A stretch of DNA of 43,180 nucleotides, taken from NCBI GenBank assembly GCA_037444505.1, contig JBBIMH010000019.1, positions 4,206 through 47,385 of the forward strand. The letters are read 5' to 3'. Source of the stretch: Nitrospirota bacterium. GTDB taxonomy: Bacteria; Nitrospirota; UBA9217. Below are positions 31,978 to 42,036 of the stretch, one piece after another; position 1 is the first letter of the stretch; each line of letters begins with the position of its first letter. The translations under genes and the position numbers were made by a program. The notes under the pieces were generated by a model. That model made no database searches. It was not told the origin of the DNA and was given only the letters and a program-made list of their open reading frames with translations.

Positions 31978-32945
31978 ACGGACAGGCCCAAGTCCCTCAC
32001 CATCTCCAGGTCGTCCTCAGGATCGAGTCCGGACCTTGTGAGATAATTCCCTATCATGAATCCGTCCGCACCGGCCATGAATATCATGGGATGGACATGC
32101 CTCAAGGCGGTCCCCCTACCTGCGCAGATTCTTATCTCCTTGTCTGGCAGGATGAGCCTGAACAGGGCGATGGCATGGAGCGCCTCGAGCGGCGGTATTT
32201 GCTCGATATTCTCGAGCGGCGTGCCCATTATCGGCATGAGGAAGTTTATGGGAACAGAATCCACGCCGATCTCCCTGAGGGTGAAGGCCATGCTGATGCG
32301 GTCTTTCATGCTTTCTCCCATACCGAGTATCCCGCCGCTGCATGTCGAAAGACCGAGAGAGCGAGCGTGACCGAGCACCTCGAGCCTCTCATCGAACGAA
32401 TGGGTCGTGCAGACATTCGGAAAGAATTCCCGCGACGTTTCTATATTGTGATGATAACGATGAAGGCCTGCGTCCCTGAGATATGCGAGCTGGTCTCTCG
32501 TGAGTGTGCCGAGCGTAGCGCATGGCATCAACCCACTCTCCTTGACGCGCCTTATGCCGTCTGCGATCGTCATGAGGTCCCGCTCTGAATCTATGCCCCT
32601 GCCGCTCGTTACGATGCAGAAGCGCTTCGCCATGTTCTTCTTCGCGCCCTCGGCCGCACGCACCATTTCATCTATGGAGATGAGGGGATACACCGGCGCG
32701 TCTGTCTTGTGATGAGCTGACTGGGCGCAGAATGAACAGTCTTCGGTGCATGCGCCGGACTTTGCATTCACAATGGAGCAGAGATCGACGCTCCGACCCC
32801 TGAAGGCCTCGCGCACGTTCTGGGCTGCGGCGAAGAGAAACATCCTGTCTTTGTCGGAAAGGGCCGAGAGCCCCATTGCTGTTTCGTAGTCTATCCCCTC
32901 GCCGGAGAGGACCATGTCCATTGCCTTCATTATCCTGTAGCGCAT
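31974..32945 (-). CDS. bioB: Biotin synthase
   Basis: CTEDCSFCAQS; YHHNIETS; CSGGILGMGE; SVPINFL; GNYLT. Start set at ATG 32945 after AAAGGAG. Confidence 0.97.
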   Translation of the reverse strand: MRYRIMKAMDMVLSGEGIDYETAMGLSALSDKDRMFLFAAAQNVREAFRGRSVDLCSIVNAKSGACTEDCSFCAQSAHHKTDAPVYPLISIDEMVRAAEGAKKNMAKRFCIVTSGRGIDSERDLMTIADGIRRVKESGLMPCATLGTLTRDQLAYLRDAGLHRYHHNIETSREFFPNVCTTHSFDERLEVLGHARSLGLSTCSGGILGMGESMKDRISMAFTLREIGVDSVPINFLMPIMGTPLENIEQIPPLEALHAIALFRLILPDKEIRICAGRGTALRHVHPMIFMAGADGFMIGNYLTRSGLDPEDDLEMVRDLGLSV

Positions 32946-32985
32946 GACTTCTCCTTTCGAGACCTTTTTACCCTCAATGGCGCTG

Positions 32986-33020
32986 ATTGTCAACCTTTTT
33001 ATTCTCAACCGGTCGACAAT
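32986..33020. promoter_or_regulatory. BirA operator of the biotin operon
   Basis: ATTGTCAACC-N15-GGTCGACAAT matches the BirA box TGT(A/C)AACC-N14-16-GGTT(T/G)ACA, 40 bp upstream of bioB. Confidence 0.88.
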
Positions 33021-33164
33021 CACGAGGCGCCGCCTCAGGCGCGGAATCAGGCGACTGCAAAAGCAGCGCATCCCTGCTGAGCCGGCATGGCCTTACAAAT
33101 ACAGCCGACCGCAGAGCCTCAACGATCCTCCCGGCGGGCCGGGCATCCTTCACCGAATGCATAC

Positions 33165-33194
33165 TTGACTTTATGGAGTTGAATGGAGTATATT
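33165..33194 (+). promoter_or_regulatory. Sigma70-type promoter of clpC
   Basis: TTGACT-N18-TATATT about 50 nt upstream of the start. Confidence 0.5.
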
Positions 33195-33243
33195 TTAAGC
33201 GTACGAAGAGACAGGCGAGCCGTTCAGAAGGCGGTATATACTC

Positions 33244-35685
33244 ATGATGTTCGAGAAGTTCACGGAGAGAGGCAGAAAAGTAATCGTTTATGCAAGGGAG
33301 GAGGCCGAACGCCTCCAGAACGATTATATAGGCACCGAGCATATCCTCCTCGGCCTTCTGAGGGAAGAAGACGGGATCCCATCCGCAGTGCTTCGCAAGA
33401 TGGGGATAGACCTCGAGCACCTCAGGATGGAAGTGGAGCGCAACCTTCCTGCAAGCGGAACCACACTCACCTTCGGAGACATCCCTTTCACCCCACGCGC
33501 GAAGAAGGCCCTCGAATATTCGGTAGAAGAGGCGAGGCTTTTAGGACACAGCTATATCGGAAGCGAGCACATGCTCCTGGGACTGATCAGGGAAGAGGAA
33601 GGCATAGGCGGAAAGATATTGCGCAGCTTCGGCGTGAACCTCCTCGGCACCAGGCAGCTCGTGATAAATTACCTGAGAAGGGCCGCGACCCAGGTGGCGG
33701 CGAAGAAGAGCCCCACCCCCGCGCTCGATGAATTCAGCAGAGACCTGACCCAGCTCGCAAAGGCGGGGAAGCTCGACCCGGTGGTCGGCAGAGACACGGA
33801 GATAGACAGGGTCCTGCAGATACTCTCGCGCCGCACTAAGAACAATCCGGTGATCATAGGCGAGCCCGGCATAGGCAAGACCGCCATCGTCGAAGGCCTC
33901 GCCCAGCGCATAGTAAGCGGAGACGTACCCGAGAACGTGCTCAACAGGCGGGTCGTCTCTCTCGACCTCGGTTCCCTCATCGCAGGCACCAAATACCGCG
34001 GCCAGTTCGAGGAAAGGCTGAAGGTCGTGATGAAAGAGATAATCCAGGCCGAGAACGTCATCCTCTTCATAGACGAGCTCCACACCCTGGTGGGCGCCGG
34101 CGCCGCCGAAGGCTCGATAGACGCATCGAGCATGCTAAAGCCCGCTCTCGCAAGAGGGGAGATACAGTGCATCGGAGCAACGACGCTGGACGAATTCAGG
34201 AAGCACATAGAAAAGGACGGTGCGCTCAAGCGGAGGTTCCAGGCGGTGTATGTCCAGCCGCCTTCGCTCGAAGAGACGATTGGGATAATCAAGGGTCTGA
34301 GGCCGAAATACGAGGCCCATCACAAGATAAAGATAACGGACGAGGCGATAGTGACGGCCGCACGGCTGTCCGACAGGTACATCACCGACCGCTTCCAGCC
34401 TGACAAGGCGCTGGACCTGATAGACGAGGCCGGAGCAAGGGCGAAACTCAATCGATATACATATCCCGCGGAGCTGAAGTCCATTGAGAAGAAGCTCAAG
34501 AGGCTCGAGCAGGAAAAGGCGATATTCACCCGCATCAAGGACTATGTGAAGGTCGAGACGATTAACGAGGAAGAGGAGAGGCTGCGGGCGGTATTGGACG
34601 GCATACACAAGGACTGGAAAGACGCGCAGGAGAGGAATATACCTGTGGTCACTGAGAACGACATCGCGGTCGTGGTCTCGAATATCACGGGCGTGCCGCT
34701 TGCGAAGCTCGAAGAGAAGGAGGCGTCCCGCCTTTTGCGCATGGAGGAGGAGCTCCACAAGAGGATCGTGGGGCAGGACGAGGCCATATCCGCGGTATCG
34801 CGGGCGATCAGGCGGTCGCGTGTGGGACTTAAGGGCAGGAAGCAGCCCATAGGTTCATTCATATTCCTGGGGCCGACCGGGGTTGGCAAGACAGAGCTCG
34901 CAAGGTCGCTGGCGGTCTTTCTCTTCGACACGGAAGAGGCCCTCATCCGGGTAGATATGTCCGAATACATGGAAAAATTCAGCGCCTCGCGGCTGATCGG
35001 AGCACCGCCGGGATATGTAGGCTATGACGAGGGAGGACAGCTCACCGAGAAGATCAGGCGGAGGCCGTATTCAGTGGTCCTCTTCGACGAGATCGAAAAG
35101 GCCCATCCGGATATATTCAATATGCTCCTGCAGGTGCTTGACGACGGTTATCTCACAGACAGCTACGGCAGAAAGGTGGACTTCAAGAACACCGTAATCA
35201 TCATGACGTCCAATCTGGGCGCGCGTATGATAGAGAAGGACACGACCCTCGGATTCCAGAAGGCGAGCGACAAGTCCCAATATGAGCGGATGAAAGAAAA
35301 CGTGATGGCCGAGCTCAAGAGGGCCTTCAATCCTGAGTTCTTGAACAGGATAGACGACGTAGTGGTCTTCCACCCGCTTGCGCAGGAACACCTCATGAAG
35401 ATCATAGACCTCTTGATAAACGAACTCAATGCCCAAGTGCTCGAGGACCACGGCATTCAGCTCGAGGTACGGCCAGAGGTGAAGGAATGGCTCATCAGGG
35501 AAAATTACCAGCCTACCTACGGCGCAAGGCCGATGCGCAGGGCGGTCCAGAAGTACATATCAGACCCTCTTTCCGAGGAGATCCTGCGCGGCAGATTCAA
35601 AGACGTGCATAAGCTGATCGTGTCCTGCAAAGACGGGACCGTGGACTTCCAGGAGGAAGAATCCGAGCTTCTCGCAAAGGTATGA
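33244..35685 (+). CDS. clpC: ATP-dependent Clp protease ATP-binding subunit ClpC
   Basis: Two Clp-N repeats ([23 protein letters not shown]); AAA1 GEPGIGKT; short middle coiled coil; AAA2 GPTGVGKT; LGF ClpP-docking loop. Confidence 0.95.
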   Translation: MMFEKFTERGRKVIVYAREEAERLQNDYIGTEHILLGLLREEDGIPSAVLRKMGIDLEHLRMEVERNLPASGTTLTFGDIPFTPRAKKALEYSVEEARLLGHSYIGSEHMLLGLIREEEGIGGKILRSFGVNLLGTRQLVINYLRRAATQVAAKKSPTPALDEFSRDLTQLAKAGKLDPVVGRDTEIDRVLQILSRRTKNNPVIIGEPGIGKTAIVEGLAQRIVSGDVPENVLNRRVVSLDLGSLIAGTKYRGQFEERLKVVMKEIIQAENVILFIDELHTLVGAGAAEGSIDASSMLKPALARGEIQCIGATTLDEFRKHIEKDGALKRRFQAVYVQPPSLEETIGIIKGLRPKYEAHHKIKITDEAIVTAARLSDRYITDRFQPDKALDLIDEAGARAKLNRYTYPAELKSIEKKLKRLEQEKAIFTRIKDYVKVETINEEEERLRAVLDGIHKDWKDAQERNIPVVTENDIAVVVSNITGVPLAKLEEKEASRLLRMEEELHKRIVGQDEAISAVSRAIRRSRVGLKGRKQPIGSFIFLGPTGVGKTELARSLAVFLFDTEEALIRVDMSEYMEKFSASRLIGAPPGYVGYDEGGQLTEKIRRRPYSVVLFDEIEKAHPDIFNMLLQVLDDGYLTDSYGRKVDFKNTVIIMTSNLGARMIEKDTTLGFQKASDKSQYERMKENVMAELKRAFNPEFLNRIDDVVVFHPLAQEHLMKIIDLLINELNAQVLEDHGIQLEVRPEVKEWLIRENYQPTYGARPMRRAVQKYISDPLSEEILRGRFKDVHKLIVSCKDGTVDFQEEESELLAKV

Positions 35686-35823
35686 ATCCATCCCGTCGAG
35701 ATTCCATCCGACTGACTGTCTAAAAAAATCCGTAAACACATTCATCCGGAAAGACCGCAGACGCCCCGGCCTATGCTTCCGCGGGCGTGGCCAGTGAAGC
35801 GGAAAACAGCCCCTTGAAGGATC

Positions 35824-36954
35824 CTACCGCCTGAATATCTTCTTCGTAAGCAAAACAGGCAGGAGGGTGTCCGGGCCTATGGTCAGGGCGATATTTGTCC
35901 ATTCGCTCTTCTTGACGATCGCGGCTGCCTCTTCAATCTCGGAGAATGGGAGCACCTTCCCCTGAACAGAGGTCTGGAGGGCGATCACCGTCTTGGAAGG
36001 CGGCTTTACAACAGCGGCCGCCGCCAGAGCCGCGCGCGATATATACTCCATCACCTGTTTGTAGCCCAAGCCCTGCTCCGCCCTTATGTCCCTGTGCAGT
36101 AGCGGCATCCAGAACACCTCTACACCGGAGTCGCTGAAGGCCTTTACGTCATGACCGTATCTGTCCAGCATATCGACGCTGCTCGAAAGACCGTCTGCGA
36201 AAAGCGGCACGCCGAAGACAATGTCCGGGTTCACGGCCCTGCATGCAGATACCGTCTTTTCGAGAAGCTCCTTCAGCCTGTCCCTTTTCATCTCTGCCCA
36301 TTGCCTGTACCCCTCTCCATATTCCATAACAACTGGGCCCTTGTCACCGCCCCCTACCCGGCTTATCGCCCTGCCCATCACGAGCGCGGCTCCGTATCGC
36401 CTCTTGTATTCATCGAGTACAGGCTGTGTCATGCCCTCTGTATCGCCGTAAAAAAAGTCAAGACCGAACAGGATGCCGTCGATGGAATATGAGGCGATGT
36501 CTCTGAATGTCTTGACAAGAAATTCCCCTGCAGCAGGATCGAACAGATTTATACGGTCTGCGGGCTGGAGCGTGCCGCTGCCGAGGTCATAACGCATATC
36601 CGACCACTCCGGATGCTCGGTCAGAACACGAGGTATGTTTCGGACAGGGAGTATGAAGAATATCTTAAGACCCGCCTGATGGGCCAGATACACGAGATTG
36701 GGCAGGAGCTCCATATCGGGCAGATCAGTCGGCTGGAGCGGGCCAATGATGACGGTATCCGCCCCTCCATCTCTCAGGACCGGCATCAGCTTCTCGAGCG
36801 CCGCATAATCACTCGGGATCGAGTTCATAAGAAATGCATTGACAGGCCTTGTGCCGCGCTGCACACTGAATTCATCCGAATATGATGTCGATGCGAAAAG
36901 CAGCAAGATACATGCGAGTAATGCCGCATGTGTACAGACTTTATGCACCTTCAT
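35824..36954 (-). CDS. Exported PgaB C-terminal-like (GH153/GHL13) TIM-barrel protein without a deacetylase domain
   Basis: Signal peptide; RINLFDP...FRDIASYSIDGILFGLD...DTEG and WAEMKRDRL resemble the PgaB hydrolase domain. Start set at ATG 36954 after GGAG. Confidence 0.6.
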   Translation of the reverse strand: MKVHKVCTHAALLACILLLFASTSYSDEFSVQRGTRPVNAFLMNSIPSDYAALEKLMPVLRDGGADTVIIGPLQPTDLPDMELLPNLVYLAHQAGLKIFFILPVRNIPRVLTEHPEWSDMRYDLGSGTLQPADRINLFDPAAGEFLVKTFRDIASYSIDGILFGLDFFYGDTEGMTQPVLDEYKRRYGAALVMGRAISRVGGGDKGPVVMEYGEGYRQWAEMKRDRLKELLEKTVSACRAVNPDIVFGVPLFADGLSSSVDMLDRYGHDVKAFSDSGVEVFWMPLLHRDIRAEQGLGYKQVMEYISRAALAAAAVVKPPSKTVIALQTSVQGKVLPFSEIEEAAAIVKKSEWTNIALTIGPDTLLPVLLTKKIFRR

Positions 36955-36979
36955 CTCTCCACCCCCGTTTATTTGCAAG

Positions 36980-38212
36980 TCATAGGATGCTGCTTACAAG
37001 TCTGCGCACTGCATGGACGGTCGGCACTACAGCGCCGTTCACGTCCGGAATAAAGTATACAGGAAGAGACGGCATTCTGTAAAGCAAAGGGGCATCCGCC
37101 GCCGTGGAAATCCGCTTGAGCCGTCCAGAGGCCACATCGTACACCCTCGGCTGAGGTGCGTGTTCATGACTGAAGACCATGAATCCGTCCAGAAACGGAA
37201 TGAGGGGTCTTATCTGAGAGAGAAGAACGCCGGCATCCGCCGTGCCCGGTGCGACACCGGGAAACGAGGCCAGAAGGCTTCGCATGCCCCTCGGCGCGGC
37301 AGTCTCGTCCTCGGCCCTGCTGAGAGTGAGTGAAAAGTGCAGCCCTGCGCTTGAATAATCTGAAAGGCATATAACATCCGAAGCCATGCCCACAGGCACC
37401 ACATCATCCCTTATACCGATGCACAGGCTGGTGCCCGTTGAAGCGTTCGAGCTGTTCAGCAGAAATGTCCTCGCCTCGAGCGGGCCTCGCAGAGTGGACA
37501 GGACGACGGATTTGTGATTTGACCGCTCGATCCGAGGCCAGGGGGTATTGTACATTATCTCTCCGCCTGTCTCGAGGAATACATCGAGCATCTGCTCCAT
37601 GAGCCTCCTTAGTCCGCCCTTAATTGCAACCGGAGCTGTATCGATGAGAGAAATGAAGGAGGCGAGAGAAAGTTCCGAGGCGCGCCTGCCGAAGAAAATA
37701 CGGGCCTGTACATCCAGAAACGCCGTAAACTCACTGCTGAACCCGTATCCGGAAATAAATCCCGACGCCCTCTGTCTCTTAATGATATGAGAAGACAGCC
37801 TGCTCTTTACCGCCCTGTCTGCCTTTTTCCTCGCATCCCTGAAGAGCCCGGCGATGGTCTTTACCTCGGTCCCGAACTCGCGCCTCAGCTCCTCGAGGGT
37901 CTCGCCGGCCTCTGCATAGATATTGATACGCCTGTCCGGAAGCGCCACCTGGTATACCGGCGAGTTCACAGATGCGGCAAAAGAGATGCCCATCTCCGCT
38001 GCGATGCGCTCGAGCGGCCCGCCCCTCTCCAGTCCGAAGCACAGCGCAGGGCCTGTCGCGAATCTGAAACCGTCGATTGTAAGAACAGAGAGCACGCCGC
38101 CGATGTCGCCGGCCGGTTCAAGCAGAACAACCTTCTTGCCCGCATGAGAAAGCAGAGCCGCCGCTGCAAGCCCTCCAAAACCGCCGCCTGCTACAGCCAG
38201 ATCGTATGCCAA
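36980..38212 (-). CDS. FAD-dependent oxidoreductase, phytoene dehydrogenase-like
   Basis: YDLAVAGGGFGGLAAAALL...VVLLE...IGG...DGFRF Rossmann start. Probable TTG start at 38212 after AAGGAG. Confidence 0.8.
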   Translation of the reverse strand: MAYDLAVAGGGFGGLAAAALLSHAGKKVVLLEPAGDIGGVLSVLTIDGFRFATGPALCFGLERGGPLERIAAEMGISFAASVNSPVYQVALPDRRINIYAEAGETLEELRREFGTEVKTIAGLFRDARKKADRAVKSRLSSHIIKRQRASGFISGYGFSSEFTAFLDVQARIFFGRRASELSLASFISLIDTAPVAIKGGLRRLMEQMLDVFLETGGEIMYNTPWPRIERSNHKSVVLSTLRGPLEARTFLLNSSNASTGTSLCIGIRDDVVPVGMASDVICLSDYSSAGLHFSLTLSRAEDETAAPRGMRSLLASFPGVAPGTADAGVLLSQIRPLIPFLDGFMVFSHEHAPQPRVYDVASGRLKRISTAADAPLLYRMPSLPVYFIPDVNGAVVPTVHAVRRLVSSIL

Positions 38213-38243
38213 TGCACCTTCTCCTTCTTGACCGTCATAAAAC

Positions 38244-38282
38244 AAAAAAGGAAATAGGACTGTTCCGGCGGCCCTATTTCCT
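38244..38282 (-). terminator. Rho-independent terminator after pnp
   Basis: Minus strand AGGAAATAGG...CCTATTTCCT stem followed by a T tract. Confidence 0.8.
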
Positions 38283-38312
38283 CTCTCTTCCTGCCTGTCT
38301 TCATGTCCCGCG

Positions 38313-40418
38313 TCAATGGGTCCTGGCCCTGGCCTGGTCCCTCATCGCTTCTTTCCTCGATAGGCGTATCTTCCCCTGGCGGTCTATCTCGAGCACCTTG
38401 ACAAGGACCTCATCGCCCTCCTTGAGTTCGTCGGTGACCTTCTCTATCCTGCGTTCGGCGATCTGGGATATATGCAGCAGGCCTTCCGTGCCCGGGAATA
38501 TCTCCACAAATGCACCAAAGTCCATTATCTTCTTCACCTTGCCCATGTAGAGCCTGCCGACCTCCGCCTCCTGCACTATGCCCTTTATTATCTCCATCGC
38601 CTTCTTTGCGCCGGCCTCGTCCATCGAGGCGATGTTCACAGTGCCATTGTCTTCAATGTCTATCTTCGTGTTCGTCTGCTCGATGATGCTCCTGATCACC
38701 TTCCCGCCGGTGCCGATGACGTCCTTTATCTTATCCGGATTTATCTGCATCGTGAATATCCTCGGCGCAAAGGGATTCAGGTTCTTTCTCGGCGCAGGCA
38801 TGGTCTCGAGCATCTTCCCGAGGATGTACAGCCTGCCCACCCTCGCCTGGTCAAGCGCGGATTTCATGATGTCTATGGTAATACCCTCTATCTTCATGTC
38901 CATCTGGAGGGCCGTGATCCCTTTGCTCGTTCCCGTCACCTTGAAGTCCATGTCACCCAAGTGGTCTTCGAGGCCGAGTATGTCGGAAAGGACTATGACC
39001 TTCTCTCCCTCTTTTATGAGGCCCATTGCGATCCCTGCGACAGGGGCCTTTATAGGCACGCCTGCATCCATAAGCGAGAGGGTCCCCCCGCATACAGTTG
39101 CCATGGAAGAAGATCCGTTGGACTCGAGGACATCCGATACTATCCTTATAGTATATGGAAACTCCTGCTTCGAGGGGACCACCGGCTTGAGCGCCCGCTC
39201 AGCAAGGGCGCCGTGTCCGACCTCACGCCTGCCCGGACCGCGTAGCGGCTTGGTCTCTCCGACGCTGAATGGAGGGAAGTTGTAGTGGAGCATGAAGGTC
39301 TTGAAATACTCGCCCTCGAGCGCATCTATCCTCTGCTCGTCCTCGGAAGTGCCCAGGGTAGTCACGACGAGGGCCTGGGTCTCGCCCCTGGTGAACAGGG
39401 CGGAGCCGTGCGTCCTGGGGAGTATCCCCACTGCGCACGAAATCGGCCTTATCTCATCTGGCCTCCTGCCGTCCGCCCTGGTGTTTCGGTCGAGGATGAT
39501 CCGCCTGACCTCGCTCTTCTCCAAATTGAAGAATATCTGCGAGATCTCGAGATTCCTCATGGGGTCGTCGTTGCCGAGCTTCGCCTTTATCTCGTCAAGG
39601 AGCGAGTCGAGCGTCTTCTGGCGCTCGAGTTTGTTCGGTATGATGATTGAAGACCTGAGCCTCTCCATGGCCATCTCGGCCACCTGACGCTCGAGGTCCT
39701 TGTCTATCTCGACTGTCTTCAGCGGTCTCTTGGGTTTCCCGACCTTCGCAGCGAGCTCCTCCTGAAGGGCGACTATCTTCTTTATCTCGCTGTGGCCGAA
39801 TTCGAGTGCCTTGAGCATGTCTTCTTCCGACAGCTCATGCGCTCCGGCCTCCACCATCATTATTGCCTCTTTTGTCCCTGCCACGACGAGGTTCAGGTCG
39901 GAGACTTCCATGTCTTTGAGGGACGGGTTGATGACCAAAGTCCCGTTCACCCGGCCCACCCTCACTGCGCCGATAGGGCCGTTGAACGGAATGTCCGAGA
40001 TCGCAAGCGCTGCGGAAGAAGAGACCATACCCATGAGGTCCATCGAGCTCTCGTCGCCTATGGACAGCACCGATGCTATGATCTGGGTGTCATAATAGAA
40101 GCCTTCGGGTATGAGGGGCCTTATGGGCCGGTCAATCAGCCGCGATGTGAGTATCTCTTTCTCTGTCTGGCGGCCTTCGCGCTTGAAGAACCCGCCGGGT
40201 ATCCGCCCGGCTGCATATGCCTTTTCCTGATAATCCACGGTAAGCGGCAGAAAGTCGGCATTCTCTCTTTCCACCTTCGACGCCACTGCAGTGGACAGGA
40301 CCACTGTATCCCCGTATTTCGCTACAACGGCGCCGCCCGCCTGCCTGGCCATGAGCCCGGTCTCGAGTATCAGACGTCTGCCGCCTACTTCTGCTTCGAC
40401 TGTTGTTGCTGTTGTCAT
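38313..40418 (-). CDS. pnp: Polyribonucleotide nucleotidyltransferase (PNPase)
   Basis: GRIPGGFFKREG; RTHGSALFTRG; SNGSSSMA; GDMDFKV; KH and S1 domains. Confidence 0.99.
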   Translation of the reverse strand: MTTATTVEAEVGGRRLILETGLMARQAGGAVVAKYGDTVVLSTAVASKVERENADFLPLTVDYQEKAYAAGRIPGGFFKREGRQTEKEILTSRLIDRPIRPLIPEGFYYDTQIIASVLSIGDESSMDLMGMVSSSAALAISDIPFNGPIGAVRVGRVNGTLVINPSLKDMEVSDLNLVVAGTKEAIMMVEAGAHELSEEDMLKALEFGHSEIKKIVALQEELAAKVGKPKRPLKTVEIDKDLERQVAEMAMERLRSSIIIPNKLERQKTLDSLLDEIKAKLGNDDPMRNLEISQIFFNLEKSEVRRIILDRNTRADGRRPDEIRPISCAVGILPRTHGSALFTRGETQALVVTTLGTSEDEQRIDALEGEYFKTFMLHYNFPPFSVGETKPLRGPGRREVGHGALAERALKPVVPSKQEFPYTIRIVSDVLESNGSSSMATVCGGTLSLMDAGVPIKAPVAGIAMGLIKEGEKVIVLSDILGLEDHLGDMDFKVTGTSKGITALQMDMKIEGITIDIMKSALDQARVGRLYILGKMLETMPAPRKNLNPFAPRIFTMQINPDKIKDVIGTGGKVIRSIIEQTNTKIDIEDNGTVNIASMDEAGAKKAMEIIKGIVQEAEVGRLYMGKVKKIMDFGAFVEIFPGTEGLLHISQIAERRIEKVTDELKEGDEVLVKVLEIDRQGKIRLSRKEAMRDQARARTH

Positions 40419-40453
40419 GAAACCTCTCTCTCTTTATGATACTCCAGGCGCTG

Positions 40454-40717
40454 CTACTTTCTGAGACCGAGTCTATCGATCACATGACGATAGCGGTCGA
40501 GATCAGTACTCTTGAGATACTCAAGGTGCCTGCGCCTCTGTCCCACCATCTTGAGGAGCCCCCTGCGGGAATGGCGATCCTTCTTGTGCACCTGCAGGTG
40601 CTCAGTCAGGTGGTTGATCCTGTTGCTCAGGAGCGCTATCTGAACCTCGGGCGAGCCGGTATCCGACTCATGCCTCCGGTATGTGCTTATAAGGCTCTTT
40701 TTCTGCTCCTTGTCCAC
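40454..40717 (-). CDS. rpsO: 30S ribosomal protein S15
   Basis: [12 protein letters not shown]; [19 protein letters not shown]; LGLRK. GTG start after AGGAGG. Confidence 0.98.
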   Translation of the reverse strand: MDKEQKKSLISTYRRHESDTGSPEVQIALLSNRINHLTEHLQVHKKDRHSRRGLLKMVGQRRRHLEYLKSTDLDRYRHVIDRLGLRK

Positions 40718-40757
40718 GCACCGTCCCTCCTTTCCAAGGTATTTCGAAAAACGTTAT

Positions 40758-40786
40758 AAAATATCATATTTACATGGAGTTGTAAA
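40758..40786 (-). promoter_or_regulatory. Sigma70-type promoter of rpsO-pnp
   Basis: TTTACA-N17-TATTTT with an extended -10 TG. Confidence 0.55.
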
Positions 40787-40791
40787 GGACT

Positions 40792-41679
40792 TTATTCGCC
40801 AGGCTGCAAAAAAACCGTCTCGGGCAGAAGCGCTCCGTCCTTTACGCGTGCCAGCGCCGTCAGCCTGCCGGATATGTCGTGGATACGGACCATTCCGCCG
40901 TCCATCTCGGTCGCATCTATATCCACCCTGCCGCCGGAGCGGAGCCTCCTGTCCTGTTCAGGATCGAGTGCTATTACAGGCAGATCGGATAACGCCTCGT
41001 CCATGGAGACCATAACAGAGGCCAGGCGGCCTTCCCTTGCTAGGGATCGGAGATGCTCGAGCCCTCTCGCATGCTCGAGGAGAAACATGCCGGAGCGGGT
41101 CCTGATGAGCCCTGTCAGGTGGCCGCCTGCTCCGAGCGCCTCGCCGATGTCAGCGCAGAGTGTCCTTATATACACACCCTTCGAGCACCTTACCCATATG
41201 ACTATATATGGGTCGTCGTATGAGAGCAGCCTTATGCCGGAGACAGTAACCTTTCTGGGCCGTAGAGGACTCGATCTTCCTTCCCTGGCAAGCCTATATG
41301 ACGGCACGCCTGATACCTTGATGGCTGAGAATACAGGCGGCTGCTGCATGATCTCGCCGACGAAACCGGCCAGCGCCTCCTCCACTTCATCCCTATCCGG
41401 CGGGCGATACCGCCTGGTCTCCAGTACCTTTCCGGAGGAGTCCTGGGTGTCCGTCACGATCCCAAGCCTCATGGTCGCCTCGTATTCCTTCTCCCCCGCC
41501 TCTATGTATCTCGCAATGCGTGTGGCCTTTCCCACGCACAGCACAAGAACGCCTGTGGCCATAGGATCGAGAGTGCCTGTATGGCCTATGCGCCTTTGCT
41601 TCAATATCTTTCTGGCCTCATCGACCACATCGTGCGATGTAACGCCGCCGGGCTTGTTGATGTTGAGAAGACCATCCAT
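40792..41679 (-). CDS. truB: tRNA pseudouridine(55) synthase
   Basis: INKPGGVTSHD; GHTGTLDPMATGVL; QPPVFSAIK; CSKGVYIRTL. Start set at ATG 41679; the upstream ATGs in the ORF track belong to the MITE end. Confidence 0.97.
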   Translation of the reverse strand: MDGLLNINKPGGVTSHDVVDEARKILKQRRIGHTGTLDPMATGVLVLCVGKATRIARYIEAGEKEYEATMRLGIVTDTQDSSGKVLETRRYRPPDRDEVEEALAGFVGEIMQQPPVFSAIKVSGVPSYRLAREGRSSPLRPRKVTVSGIRLLSYDDPYIVIWVRCSKGVYIRTLCADIGEALGAGGHLTGLIRTRSGMFLLEHARGLEHLRSLAREGRLASVMVSMDEALSDLPVIALDPEQDRRLRSGGRVDIDATEMDGGMVRIHDISGRLTALARVKDGALLPETVFLQPGE

Positions 41680-41693
41680 TGTGAAGGGGAATA

Positions 41694-41920
41694 GGCTCAT
41701 CATGTTTTTTGTTGCGGGGTTGCAGGGTATGCCTGAATGACTTTTAGAGCGATACCTTCGTAGGAAATTGGCATAACATATACAGCGCTAATCCATGAGG
41801 CCAAGGGTTATATATTCACAATACACAGATATAATATTTATCGCGCTCTAAAAGTCATGAAGGCATGCCCTGTTAGGCTTTATCTGAAATTATAATTTGC
41901 ACCATTATACGCGATGAGCC
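41694..41920. mobile_element. 227-bp MITE-like element, copy 2 (inverted relative to copy 1)
   Basis: Terminal repeats GGCTCATC/GATGAGCC; internal 29-bp inverted repeat at 41723-41751 and 41844-41872 (26/29); the flanking 8-mers GGGGAATA and GGTAGATA match at only 5 of 8 positions. Confidence 0.85.
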
Positions 41921-42036
41921 GGTAGATAGAATATCCGATAAAATCGCAAAAACGCATCAGATTGGCAAGCTGCAACTGAAGGTGCCGTTCCGTAACGCAA
42001 TCAGTCGCAAGTCGGCTCTTAATGAACTTATCGGCC

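Noticed and set aside
36980-38212. Carotenoid or hopanoid biosynthesis gene (crtI/hpn)
   Set aside because: Only the FAD-binding fold is recognisable, and no other terpenoid genes are nearby.
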